This document shows positions 38,801 through 53,800 of a stretch of DNA of 64,000 bases, piece after piece (the first letter of the stretch is position 1; every line of letters begins with the position of its first letter). The position numbers and the translations under genes are program-made. The stretch lies in NCBI RefSeq assembly GCF_009834535.1, contig NC_045707.1, positions 51,090,001-51,154,000 of the forward strand, read 5' to 3'. The stretch comes from Camelus ferus. Its lineage: Eukaryota. Below the pieces are notes generated by a model. It saw only the letters and a program-made list of their open reading frames with translations. It made no database searches and was not told the DNA's origin.

Positions 38801-41800
38801 TACAGAACAAAAAGAGGTACTTCTTAAAACTGAGGCAGACACCAAAATATTTTTCTTTGGTTGGTTGGTTTCAAAAATAATCTATTTCTTTGAGCGAACT
38901 CAGGTATAAAACTCAAGCTTGTGAAGCTGGATGAATAGGAGGGGGCCTTATGGGTGTTACAGAAGACTATTTACAAGGTGTATCACTGCTTTAGTTCCTT
39001 AAAATAATTGACTTCCCTGAACATAGATTAACTGACTCTCAAATACAAAATGCTTTACCAAAGTTTGTGTTTTTCCTTGAGCATGTCTGTCCTGCAAAGC
39101 AAAATGTTAGTTTTCTCTTCTCAAAAAATGATTAAGTGACTAATGACAGTATTACATGATGCCTTTTCATGGTAAATTGGGGACTTTTCATTCTCTTCTC
39201 ATTTAACCACAAACTTTTGTATCCAAAGACAAGCTATACACCAATACATATGAGATTAGGTTATAATAACTAATAAAATAATTTAAAATATTTGACATTA
39301 GATGTATACAAAGGCCAGATAATAATCAGGGTTAAGGAAGATATTTGGTGGAATTCCTAAATCACATGGCTTCAGATTTTACTTTTCAGCTTGACTCTGT
39401 GAGACTTTAAAAACAAAGTTATTGCACTTACAGTCACAAAGTAGTGTCTCCTCACTGTATTGCTTCTTGTATAGTTTATCTCCTTTCAGTTAACAAAATA
39501 TATTTATTTACCCTTTTTAAAAAAACAATTTGCCCTTTTTTGATTGTCTGCATATGACACCTCCTACACTGCATCCTACAGTACACTGTTACATTGTTAT
39601 TTCAACACAGGCATATCTTGGGCATACTGCAAGTTCTGCTCCATGTCGCCACAATAAAGCAAATATTGCCGTGAATGAGTTCCACAAATTTTTTGGTTTC
39701 TCGGTGCGTATAAAAGTTATGTTTACATTATACTGTAGTCTGTTACTGTGCAATAGCATTATGTCTAAAAAAACCCAACACACATACCTTAATTTGTAAC
39801 TACCTTATTGCTAAAAAGTGCTAACCATCATCTGAGCTTTCAGCTTGTTTAAGTTGTAGCATCAAAGATCACTGATCGCAGATCATCATGACAAATATAA
39901 TAATTTTGGAAAAATTTGAAATATTGTGAGACTTACCAACATGACAGAAACATAAAGTGAGCAAATGCTGTTGGCAAAATGGCACCAATAAACTTACTAA
40001 ACTCAGGGTTGTTGCCCTAGACCTTCAATTTAAATAAAAACAAGAACAAACAAAAAACCTGTAGTATCTGCAAAGCTCTGTAAAGCAAAGCGCAATAAAA
40101 TGTGGTATGCCTGTTATCCTATGAAGAATAATTTCTCTTATCATTTGATGAAGAATATAAGTTCCAGAGGGGTTAAATGGAATAGGCAGCATGCAGATTA
40201 GAAGTAATAGAGTTAAGATTAGAATCCAAGTCTGTCATGATTCAGAATACTCATGTGTTTTCCATGGAACCAGATTGCCTCCGTCTATACAATGTCTAAA
40301 ATATGTGAAATAAAATTTTGATAAGAACAGCATGAGATTGACTATACTGTTGTTGCATTTAGGAAATGAATCTAACCTGGAAAAGGCAAAGAAATCAATA
40401 ACCAACAGTGAGATTGTTTCTATTTCCAAAAAAATCACTATGCTGGAGATGAAGGAATTAAATGAAAGGCAGCGGGCTGAACATTCTCAAAAAATGTACG
40501 AACATGTGAAGACTTCGTTAAAGCAAATGGAGGAACGTAATTTTGAATTGGAAACCAAATTTGCTGAGGTTTGATACAGTTTTTATCATGCAGTTAGAGA
40601 GTAGAGAATTAGTCATGGTAGACATAGTATTATTGTTAAGAGGTTTATTTGTAACTCTGAAGTAGCATGTTAATATAGTGCTTGAGTTTCATGTAGTAGA
40701 TAAATTATGTGTTTTAAAATCTGAAATGTTTAAAAAGAAAGCAGATACTACTGTGATTGAGTTCTTATTTCTCACCAGTATTGCATTACTAGATTTAATG
40801 TGCAAAAAGATGTCATTTGCTTAATAATGAAATTACCACCACTATTCATTTAACAATCATTGAGTGCCTATTATATGTGAGACACTGTGTGGAAACTGGG
40901 GTTACAGCACAAAATAAAATAGACAGTAATTGCTGCTCTCAGGGACTTCATTCTAATAGGAATTTTTAGACTTTTTTTTGATATGGTCAGAATTATTACA
41001 TTGGCTGTCAATAAATATAGTTTGCAAATATTCAACAATTTATGATGAAGTAGCACTCTTTCAATCTTTGTTTACCTAGAGAATTAGTATATTTTTCAAA
41101 GCATTTATGTCATTGTGTTTATTTTACCTGAATCATTAAATAAGTATTAATAAGATTTTATTAACTAGTTAGACTTATTTATAGATGATATCACTGAAGT
41201 AAAATATAAGGAGTATATGGCATTTCAAGCAAGTTGAGGATATCAGAGATTCAGATATTAGTAGATTGTGAGTTGACTAATATAAATGACTTTTGGTGGT
41301 TTTGTGTATAATTAGAGTTTTCGTAATTTGTTCCTGGTTCTTCCTTCCATTACCCTCTTCAGTCTATTCTTAATACTTCACACCTAATTCAGTGTTTGGA
41401 TTGATGCAAAGTAAAGAGGGCTGCAGTACTCTGTAAAATATTGTAAAAGAAAAATCTTGCCAAAAACTGATGTTTCTGAACATTTTTTGTTACTTTTTCT
41501 TAGCTTACCAAAATCAATTTGGAAGCACAGAAAGTGGAACAGATGTTAAGAGATGAATTAGCTGACAGCGTGAGCAAGGCAGTAAGTGATGCTGATAGGC
41601 AACGGATTCTAGAATTAGAGAAGAGCGAAATGGAACTGAAAGTGGAAGTGTCAAAGTAAGTAGATGCACACTTTTCAGTCATTTGATTAATATGTCTATT
41701 CTAGTTATGCTTAAGAGGTAATTACACTGGTAAAGGTGTAATGTCCTTACTTATTGATCTTAGTTTCTTTTTATAAGAATAGAGTTGAATAATATAACTT

Positions 41801-44800
41801 CTCAAGATTTACATTTTTCAGAGTCCAGGAATAGTATTATAGAAAGAACTGAACTTGGAATCAAGACCCTATGAGATCCAGTGTTTCCACATACTAGTAT
41901 TTTTTTGGATGGAAGCATTGTAGCCGTTTAATTTATTTAAACTTAAGTTAACTTATTAAGGGAGTAATACTATACCTTCTTATTTCATAAGGTTGCTATA
42001 AAAATAAGGAAAATTTCAGAGTTTGATTTAGTTTACATTTATTGGGTAGCTACTATATACTTTGCTAGATATTGACTCATCTAATTAAACTTAATGACCC
42101 TGAAATAACTGTCATTTTCATTTTACATGTGGGAACAGTTTATTCTCTTAGAATTCAAAATGTATATAAGGAGGAACTACTGTGTGCCAGGTAGATGCTG
42201 TGTACCAGCTCTCCTTTGTCACTGTGTTGTTTCATCAGAAAAGTATTGAGGATCCCTGAGTTGATCAGTCAAGCACAAATAATTAGTAAAAAGGGTTTAT
42301 GGCAGTCATTCCCAGCCCTTTTCACTCTGAAGGCCTCCTTTTTTAATCCTTCCTCTTATTTCATGATCCTCACCTTTCGAAATAAACTAATTTATAATTA
42401 TTTATTTTGTTATATTTTACCTCGCCAAAACTTAGATAAGTGCAATGAGTTTCTAATCAATATGAGGAAACCTGACTTATCTGTTACACTGGACTAAAAT
42501 TATTCCAGCCCAAAGTAAAAATGCATTTTACTTTACCTGTTTAATCTTATCACAGAAGTCATATAGGAAATTTAGTAACTTACTATCATGCTCCCACCTT
42601 TTTTTGTAATTATAGTAAATGTATAATCTCTTCTGCACATTTCTGGTAACTTGTAAATTAAAGCAAATCAGAACATTAGTTGATCTAGGGAACCTGGGAA
42701 TTTTAAATTTGTGTGATCTTAACTGTACAATTGTATCAAGTAAGCATACTTAATACCCTATTCTTGCTATACCATATCATGGTAAGAAGGATCTCATGAA
42801 AAAAAGTGTGAGAGAGGAGTACTTTGGCCATATACATTGGAAAATGCTGTAAATGTAGAGATGGAGATAGTTTTTTACTTTAGACCTTCTCAGAGCATTT
42901 AATGTATGAATCTTCAAGGGGAAAGAATGTTAGGAATGGAGGGTTTTTTTTTATAGAACACTTGTCAACCTCTCATGGAAGTTTCATGAAACAGTTCAGG
43001 AAATTTTGCTTTAGGATTTCATTTCATTCCAAGAAGAGATGCTGCAAACTAATGGTTTTACCAAGGGTCTAGAAATTTTGAAATTCTGATATTTATTTAC
43101 ATAGAAAATGTACCTGATCATATCTGAAGTATCTTACCACTTCCTAGATTGAAAGAGATTTCTGATATCGCCAAAAGGCAAGTTGAAATTTTGAATGCAC
43201 AGCAACAGTCCAGGGAAAAGGAAGTAGAGTCCATCAGAATGCAGCTGTTAGACTATCAGGTATGTGTGATATTGGCTCTTCTAGGTGGATTCTTTTCTTT
43301 TTTCCCAAATGTATGTTGGAGATTGGGATGGTTTTGTAGTTTTAATCAGAGGGCATATCAAATAGTGGCTCCTGTTCTTGTTCATTGTAACTCGAACAGA
43401 AAACCTCTTTAATTGGAAATTCCATTTATAACATAGAAAAGCATTTAAATACGTACAGATGCATTGTGCTGGCTGCTGATCAAAGCTCAGACAGTGAGGA
43501 GAAATATAAGTCTTTCATAACAATATTTTCTCTTGCATTTCTATGTAGTTTCTCACATATTCTCACATAAAATTTTTTAGGATAAAAAACCCACATTGTC
43601 CACATTAGTACTGTATTAGTGTTGCTATTTACATATGAAAGTTAAAAAGTAATAATATTCCAGCTGTTACTTGATTAGATGCCAGATACAGATTTTAAAT
43701 GAATTTGATTCTAGGTCTTTTTCTTCACTTCTTCGGTGATTTGTGTTAAAGCAAGGTTAGATGTTTGTAGAATTTCATGTAGCACTCTGTTTTAAATTTT
43801 ATTTAGTAAATTGTGATTTGAAATCCAGGATATGTTTCATTGGGAAAACTTGAAACTTACTATAAACATGTTTTTTTTTGTATCAGGCACAGTCTGATGA
43901 AAAGACACTAATTGCCAAGCTGCACCAACACATTGTCTCTCTTCAAGTTAGTGAGGCTACTGCTCTTGGTAAGTTGGAGTCGGCTACATCTAAGCTGCAG
44001 AAGGTTGAGGCCCATAATTTGCGCTTAGAGCAGAAACTTGATGAAAAAGAACAAGCTCTCTATTATGCCCGTTTGGAGGGGAGAAACAGAGCAAAACACC
44101 TGCGCCAGACAATTCAGTCTCTACGGCGACAGTTCAGTGGGGCTTTACCCTTGGCGCAGCAGGAAAAGTTCTCTAAAACAATGATTCAGCTACAAAATGA
44201 CAAACTTAAGATAATGCAAGAAATGCAGAATTCTCAACAAGAATATAGAAAGATGAAGAACAAAACACTGGAGCTGGAATTAAAGTTAAAGGGACTGGAA
44301 GAGTTAATAAGCACTTTGAAGGATGCCAGGGGAGCCCAAAAGGTAAATCATTGATTTTAAGTTCAGTATTGTCAAAAGAGTTTCATGATAATTTTAAGCT
44401 AGTGTGTGCCTATATGAAAAATGCTTAATATATGACCAAAATTCCCATTATTAAATTAGATTTTATAAATTAGGAGTTTGGGCTATTTGAATGTCTATTT
44501 GTAAATAAAATGAGACTCTTAAGCAATGGTTTCAGAAGAAATGCTTAGATTGTACGATATCAAAGAATTTTAAACACTACAGAAAAGTTTATATATTAAA
44601 TACTAATTATAATTATTATTAAATATTGTAGTAGTTGAATTCTACTCTTGGAAATTATTCTTTTAAAAATTATTTACAAGTAGAAGGCCTACTTTTTTAA
44701 GTATAATTTATTTTTATCCTCATTTGGAAGAAATTAAATGAAAAATAATTATTTTGGAAGTAAATTTTTTTTCTCTAGGCTAAAAATATTTAGGACTTTT

Positions 44801-47800
44801 ATTTTTGAAAGTAAAACTATTGTTGCAAATAAATACATACACTAAAGACTCAATAAATATATGAAAGTAAATGAATAAATGAAAGTGAATATTAGTAATA
44901 TCCATTCCAACATAATTTGAAAATATTTTATGTTAGGATTCCATGTAATAGAAAAGTCTAAGAAAACTCTAAGTAGACTTTTCCTTGTGGCTCCCTCAAG
45001 GATAATTTTATATCTTATTTTATTATAAAATCTTTGTTAATTTGAATTGAAATCATTTCAGTGGGGAAATACATTATTTGTATGGAATTTACATTTGTAT
45101 GTATAATTTATAAATCTTTAGGTAATCACTTGGCATACAAAAATAGAAGAACTCCGTCTTCAAGAGCTTAAACTCAATCGAGAATTAGTCAAAGATAAAG
45201 AAGAAATAAAATATTTGAATAATATGATTTCTGAATATGAGCATACAATCAGTAGTCTGGAAGAAGAAATTGTGCAGCAGAATAAGGTTTTATTTTATAT
45301 TTATTTTGGTGTTTTGTTGCTAAGATCTTAAACGTAACATTACATAGATGACCACATTATTTTCCTAATTGAATGTGGCTCTTGATCTTGTTGTTATAAA
45401 ATATTGTTTCTTGTTTTTTTTAACTATTCTAAAAATACATGTTCATTTATTTAGTTGCAATTGTAATCTTAAAAGGAATAATTAATAAGCAAACCTATTT
45501 GGTAAGTTAATTTTTATTTCAGTTATTAGTTACTTGACTTTTCAGCCACATGTTTCTACTGGCTCTCACTGATGGAGTAGGAGAAGGCAGCTTGGTGTAG
45601 AATAAAGCACATACGCTTTGGAGGCAGATGAAATTCACTGAACACATACTTGCCTCAGAAGTTTTGTTATTCCTTCTACTTAGATTATTTTTACCCCAGA
45701 TACCTGTATGGTTTATCCTTTCACTGCCTTCTGGCCTTAGCTCAAATGTCTAACCTTCTCAGGGAAACCTTAACTAGCCATCCAATATACAACAGTAATT
45801 CTTACCATCAAGATTCTGTAAATAGGGATTACCTAGTTTCATTTTTCTCCATAGCACTCATCACCCTCTGACATATTACATACTTACATGTTTATAGACT
45901 GTCTCTCCCTCACTAGTATGTAAGTTCCATGGAGAAGAAACTGGTTTTATTCACTGCTGTGTTCTCCTTATTTAGAATAGTGCTTGCCCCATAGAATGTG
46001 CCATTAAGTATGTTTTAGATGGATGGATGGATGAGTGGATGGGTGCATGAGTGGATGGAAATCCTGACTCCACATCTGCTTATCTCTGTGATCTTAGGCA
46101 GGTTACTTCACCTCTGAATTGGCTTCCTTTTTCCATAAAATGAGAATAATAATAGTGACCTCACAGGGTTGTTGTGAGGATTAAATAAGAAAAATTATGT
46201 AAAAATTCCTGTAAATGCCTGGTGAGTGTCTCTGGGTGTGTCTGACCTAAACTATCTTTTTTTCAGTTTCATGAAGAAAGACAAATGGCCTGGGATCAAA
46301 GAGAAGTTGAGCTGGAACGTCAGCTGGACATTTTTGACCGTCAGCAAAATGAAATACTAAATGCAGCACAAAAGGTATGAATAGTTAATCCTGTTTGTTA
46401 CTCTGTAGCTTGGCCCATAATGTTAACCAATAGAAATGTTTTCTAAAATCAGATGGAATTTTAGTTCATAGTATCTTTTTATGTTTCAAATGTAAGTGGG
46501 TTTTAACCATGTCTTGTCATATAGTTGTGAAGATTAGTATTGTTCTTCTCAATGCCACAACTGCTTTTTAAAAAACATTCTATTTCTCAATAGCCACAAC
46601 TGCTTTTTAAAAAACATTCTATTTCTCAATAGTTTGAAAAGGCCACAGGATCAATGCCAGACCCTAGTTTGCCCCTTCCAAATCAACTAGAGATTGCTTT
46701 AAGGAAAATCAAGGAGAATGTTCGGATAATCCTGGAAACACAGGCAACTTGCAAATCACTAGAGGAGGTAATTAGAAGAATTTGCATTTTGATTAGTGCA
46801 TTGTTGGGTATGCTTGTGGAATTTTCTAAGTAATTATTTTTAAATGAGGACAAAGCATGGAATGATGAATATGTTGCTAATTCCACTCTCCTTTTCTACT
46901 CTCCTATAATGTTTCTAGTAGCCAATAAAGAACAGCAGATATGGCTAATTTGAAATTTCTTTCCTCTTAATCTTTACTTGTCACTGTTGAGCACATTCAT
47001 CAGTAGTAGCAAGCCTGAAAGGAAATAAAAGAACTTTTGACAGTAGCTTTATGAATAGTGTATTTCCTTCCCCTCTGTGATCAAGAATTGTTTTCATCCT
47101 TGTTTATTTTTGTTTTGTTTTGAACTGCATGTTATGTAGTTATGTTATCAATTTTCAGTGCATTCATTTTTGTGGATGTTTGAAGTGTTTGAAGGTAAAC
47201 TAGAAATTATTTCTTAGTTTAATCTAAGTCTTAAATTTAATAGGTGATCAAATCTCTTCTTTATTAAATTATAGAGAAAATGATATAAAGTGGATATGTT
47301 TCATTTTAGTTGACATCTAACATATTAACTGTAAATACATTTAAAATTTATAAGGAACATTGTACATTTTTAATCAATTGAGGAAATTTAGATTGTCTTT
47401 TGTAGTAGTAAGATTTGTCATTTATGTGAATTGCCACTGAGTTACTTGATTTAAAATATCTGCCTTAATTCTGTTGAGCAGTAAATACTTTTTTTCTGTT
47501 TTGTTTTAAGAAGCTGCAGATTTTATGATAGTGGTCCATTGACTCAGGCCTCTAAAATTCCAATTTGTGTAATTAGTTGACTTTTATAGGTTACTCTTCT
47601 AGTACTCTGATTGTCAGTGGACCAAATAAATAATAAATAATATTCCAATAAAAGGAATAATTTGTTACACTTTCTTTCTAAATCTAGCACCACTATTTGT
47701 ACTTCTAAAACTACCGTATTTAAGTACTATATTTAAATTTGAGTTTCATCATAACAATGAAGTTTCTAACACGTGGTAATCTTATAAATAAATAAAATAT

Positions 47801-50800
47801 GCATATAGATAAATGTGCTGTCTCATAGAAATACAGCTAATATAACCTTATTAAGTATCATTTGACTATTCCAAGTTTGATGTGACAAAGTTAAATTCCT
47901 TTTCTTATAATGAGTCTGACTAAAATTCAGATTGAAGCATTTTTAAAACAAAAATATACTGCAATAATTTTTTATAATTTGATCATTGCAGAAGCTAAAA
48001 GAAAAAGAATCTGCTTTACGGTTAGCAGAGGAAAATATTCTGTCAAGAGACAAAGTAATCAATGAACTGAGGCTTCGATTGCCTGCCACTGCAGAACGAG
48101 AGAAGCTTATAGCTGAGCTAGGCAGAAAAGAGATAGAACCAAAGTCTCATCATACACTGAAACTTGCCCATCAGACCATTGCAAACATGCAAGCAAGGTT
48201 GAATCAAAAGGAAGAAGTGTTAAAGAAGTATCAACATCTTCTAGAAAAAGCCAGAGAGGTATTTTATTATATTATGTTATGCTGTTTTATTTGTTATGAT
48301 GTTTTTTCAGACAAATGCCAAATACTATTTTGCCCTAAAGTGGTAGTTCATTTCCTGCTTTCAAATGATTCTATTTAGTATTATAACTTTCATGTGATTG
48401 GATTACAGATCTGTCAGTAAAACTGGCAGTTTGTGTTACAACTAAACCAGTAATAGCTTTCATGGTGAAACTATGATTTTGAAAAATATCACTAGAGTTA
48501 ATAGGTAAAGATTGAGGCAGTAGATTAGAATGAAATTTGTTACACTGGTATCAGTGGAAGTCAGATGGCTAGAACTTTGAGGGAAAAAAATCTAACATTT
48601 AAAATTTTTCTAGAGACAAGTTAAAAGGTGATGGATACGTATTATTCTAATATTAAGAATAAATTATGCTCAGAAGGTGGGCTTGTCAGCTTGAACATGT
48701 GCCACAGGAAATGTGTACTGGTGTAAATATGTACCTGCAGGTATCATTCCTTCCCTGTCTCATAAGGATTTTAGAAGATTAACGATAAAACATTTAAGAT
48801 CTTTAGAATGTGAATTTATTTGAATCATAATATAAGCTATAGTTTTGATTTGTTGTAAAACAGGAGCAAAGAGAAATTGTTAAGAAACATGAAGAAGAAC
48901 TTCACATTCTTCATCATAAATTAGAACTACAGGCTGATAATTCACTCAGCAAATTCAAAGAAACAGCTTGGGTAAGATTTTAGGAACTTTGTTCTAAACT
49001 TTACTGGTTTTTGAGACCACGTAATTGAAAATTTAGCTCTTCTTTTCAGGGGCTAGAAGCCACCTTACCTTTTGTTGCCAGAATAATCTTCCAAAAACAC
49101 AGCTCTGATCATTTTTCTCCCTGGACCCAAATTTGTTAGTAGCACACTGCTGACTGCAAAGTCATACTTCTTAGCCATCTACTCAGAGCTTTCCATGATC
49201 TGACTTCGTTCTTACCTTTCAGATCTGCTTGTTGTAAGTTTACCTGTGTCTTAACTATTTCCATGTTCTGAATTCAGTTCATACTTGCCTCTTTTGATCA
49301 CTGTGTCCTGTATGTGTGAAATGACCTGTCTTTCATCTCCTAACATGCAAACCTTAGCTTCTTCAAGCCTTAACTCAAATTCAGTCAACATTCATTGATC
49401 CTCCACTATGTGTAGGCACTTTGCTAGATGCTGCAAATACAAAGCATAACATCTCTATTCCCTGTCTTCTTTAGGCCTTCACTGCTTATTAAATCATCAA
49501 ATTTCACATTTGATACTATATTTTGATTGTTTAAGGAACCAAGTTAAAATGATAGAGTAAGTATGGCGTTGAGTTGTATATGCTCATGGCTAATTATCAT
49601 ATTTCATAGGATTTAATAAAACAGCCTCCTATGCCAGTTCCTACCAACAAGCATTTTGTTCGTTTGGCTGAGATGGAACAGACAGTAGCAGAACAAGATG
49701 ACTCTCTCTCCTCACTTGTGATCAAACTAAAAAATGTATCTCAAGATTTAGAGAGACAAAAAGAAATCACTGAATTAAAAATCAAAGAATTTGAAAATAT
49801 CAAATTACGGTAAGTCTTAGAAATGTATTATAAAAAATAGGCAAATGGTAACAATGATATAATAAAGACAAATGCAAGCATTTGCTGTGTCATGCACTGT
49901 TATAAAAACATTGAATATATTAGCTCATTTTATACTCGGTAACACTTATGACATGGGGTCTTATTCACTCCATTTTTCAGATAGGAAACTAGGCTACAGG
50001 AAGCCTCAGTAATATGCCTAGGAGAATATGGTAACACCACCACTTAAATTTAGTCAGTGTGACTCAAAAGTCAACCCAGATTCTTGTTCAGAATCTCTCT
50101 TTTAATCTCTTTAAATTTCTGTTTCATTATCTATAAAATAGAAATGACAGTACTTACCCTGGCTTTTTCAAGGTGGTTATATGAAGGCCAAATGATGCTG
50201 CATATGAAAGTAATTTGAGAACTGTAAAGTAACATTTAAATATTAAACTTGTTTACACACCTCTAAAAGTTTCTAGCACACATTAAAGGCTCAATAAATA
50301 TTTGTAGAATGAAAAATTAACTTTTTAAAATGAACTATAGTTACAGTGGAGGTTCACGTCATTCTCTGTATCAGAGATTTAAACATTGATCAACCATTTA
50401 TCAGCATATATATTATAAACCTAAAGTAGGTTTATATTTAGGCATTTTGTAACCACTGTAGAACTATGTCTCTGGGCCTCAATTTATTATCTGAAAAAAA
50501 ATGGGAAAGTTAACTGCTTGACTTATATTTCCATTCCATCTCTGCAGCCCTTATTAGAACCTTTGATTCTTCACTCACTTAACCAAGGTGCCTCTGACAA
50601 AATTATCACTATTTTTGCTTTATTAAGAAACTGCCACTTTTAGTAAATTATTCCCTAAAAAAAAGAGAATTAGCAATAGCATATGGTATACTTTCAGTCT
50701 AATTTTTCCCATTCTGTTAATTTTATACGTGCATTGCTGTTTTTGGTATAGTAAGTTGCTGTCATATTCTAGAATATAAAATTTCATGTGTTTCTGAATC

Positions 50801-53800
50801 TAATTCACAGATGTAGAAAATAATATTTTGGTATTACCTTGTATATATAATTTTTTTGCCACACTGAAACACTTGAAGTTGTTGTTTTGTACCTTAATGT
50901 CATTTTAACCTGAAATTATATTTTTATTCTTTGTCTGCACATTGGTATGCATATTTTAATGTGTCTTAGGAAATTATAGTTCTGTATGATTTCTTTACTG
51001 AAACGTTGTGTTTTTACAGTTCGATGATTATTTAAAATGACTTAAGTTTTTGCTATAAGCAACTAGTTTCAGACTGTTTAGTACCTGTTCATGGTTTAAT
51101 AGCCCTTCCTCTCATTGGTCAAACTTTAATAATTTGAATCTCTATATTGACAACCTTATTAATACAGTGTTTATATACACCCAGTGAACTGGATATTATT
51201 CAGTTTATAAGACTAACTAATACTGAATGAACAGTAGGATTCATTCAATTAACTAAGACTATTGATAGTTTCTACTTTCATATGGTATACAGTTATAGAT
51301 ACAATGCTAATGACTTTAGAACTGTAAACAAATTGTTAATACATGTGATTTCTGTGATAGTTTATATTTTGTCTTTGTAACATGCCATTATAGGTCAATG
51401 GGTCTCAAGCAGATATAATTTTGCTCTCCTCCTCCCCCTGGAACATTTGGTAATGTCTGTAGACATTTTAGATAGACAGCTAGAGAGAATATAGGCATCT
51501 AGTGGGTAGAAGCAGGGGATACTGCTAAAAGTTTAAAAATGCACAGGATAGTATCTCCCACCTCCCAACAAAGAATTATCCAGTCTGAAATGTCAATAGT
51601 GCCATGATTGAGAAACCCTGTTATAAAGGAAGCAGTCACATCTTGTAGGAATCATAACATTTAAAGAGCTATTTTGTTCCTTCTCTATTATTTTGTCTAG
51701 AGCCACAAAATTACTTGATGCGATTGTTGCCGAAAATAGTAGATAGAAACTAGAAGAAAAAAGTCTCATGTTATGTTTAAGAGTAGTTAAATGGAATAAA
51801 CAATTGTTCTTCTGGATTTGGATCAAGACTTAGATTGTAAGGATACCTAGGACCAAGCATTTGTTCATTGTAAAATTTATATTGATCAAATTAATTGCAG
51901 CAACCACTCTATTATAGAGAACATGTTTTGCTTTATATTAGGCTCCAAGAAAACCATGCAGATGAAGTGAAAAAAGTAAAAGCAGAAGTAGAGGATTTAA
52001 GGTGTCTTCTGGCCCAGTCACAAAAGGAATCACAGAATTTAAAATCTGAACTTCAGGCTCAAAAAGAAGCAAATTCAAGAGCTCCAACAACTACAGTGAG
52101 GAATCTAGTAGAAAGGCTAAAGAGCCAGTTGGCCTTGAAAGAGAAACAACAGAAAGTAAGTAACAATAGAAAATCAGCGCCCCTTAGGAAGAACATGTGG
52201 TAGGCTGCTTTTAGGGAAGATTTGTAAAAGATGATAGCATGAATCTCTCCCTTATAATAAAAAGCATGAGCCTTATCTTCATCTGTTAAGCAGGATCTTT
52301 CAAGATAATTCTTTTAAATAGCCTTGAAGATTTGTCTTGTTTATAAGGGCAGATATAGTTCAGTTTATATTTTTATGTTATCAATCTATTTCTTGGTTAA
52401 CTGTAGGAAATAAAGGGAAATCTTCATTACATTATTTTCTCTCCTTTTCTTTTAGGATTATGTATTACTGAGGCTATTTTGAACAATTTGAGTAATTGAA
52501 AAATTTTGAACAATTTTGGAGATTAAGAGGGAGATAGGATGGTGAAGAGGAAAGATTTAAAAAGGAGATTACAGAGTGCTGTGTAAAGGAGTTGGCCAGT
52601 GGATTAACTGATTTATTGTTTTTTTTCATTTACCTTGGATTTTATATACTTATTTTAGAAGGTGCTGCTATTTTTCTTTGCTAGCTCATGAAATTTATTG
52701 GCAAATTTTAAGTCCTTTCTAACCTTGTAATTTTCCTTGTCTACTTGAATTCAGTTAATTTCACATGAAAGTGTGTGCTACATGAGTAATTTAAATAAAT
52801 ATTTCAACTTCGAAATTTGAAAATAAAACTTGCCTGGGTTTTGTAATACAAATTACTTGATTTAACACTGTTCTCACAATTATTATTATGAAGATGTTGA
52901 TTTCTCACACTCAGTTTGGAAAGAATTGAGCTCAGTTGCTAAAGGAAGTTCATTTGAAAAAGTTGGTTTGTTTGTGAATTATGTTTGATTAAACACATGG
53001 TATTTTAGGAAAATAGTTGACAGTAATGAAGCTTATGTATATTTTTATTACATATTGCTCATATAAAATACCAATTTTTCAAAAAGATGTATGTACATTG
53101 TAATTTTTAGGCACTTAGTCGAGCACTTCTGGAACTTCGGGCAGAAATGACAGCAGCAGCTGAAGAACGTATTATTTCTGCAACTTCTCAGAAAGAGGCA
53201 AATCTCAATGTTCAACAAATTGTTGATCGACATACTAAAGAGCTAAAGGTGAACATCAACATATGCATTAATGTAACAGAATTCCTGTTAATTCCCTTTG
53301 GAAGAGAATCCATTTGGATATATATAGTAATTTTGATGATGAATAGGGAATTTATTCTAATGAATTATTGATGGATAGCTGTACACGGGTGCATACATTT
53401 TTGAACACTGAGTATCTTTATTGTATTCATTGAATATCATCCTAGGGATTAGCAAAGGATATAAGCCACTCTTCTTAACAGAATTAAACATAAGAAACAT
53501 TTTTCTTAGCATTTTTAATTCTATATTGATAAATATAGATTTTTTGGTTTTGTTTTATTTCTTTTGTCCTATCAGAATTTTCTATCTGGTTTTTGCTAAG
53601 TTCATAATATGAATTAGTTAGTTTTCCCTTTTTATCCCCTGAAATACTTTATGGAAATCATATAGTCCTTGACATTTAATCTACAGAGTTGCCTAACTCT
53701 GAAGCCTTTATTTTTGAAGTTATTTATTATTTTTTGGCAATGTATTTTATTATTTTCTTACCCAATTGTTAGGCTTGTTACTATAATATAAAAATTTTTT

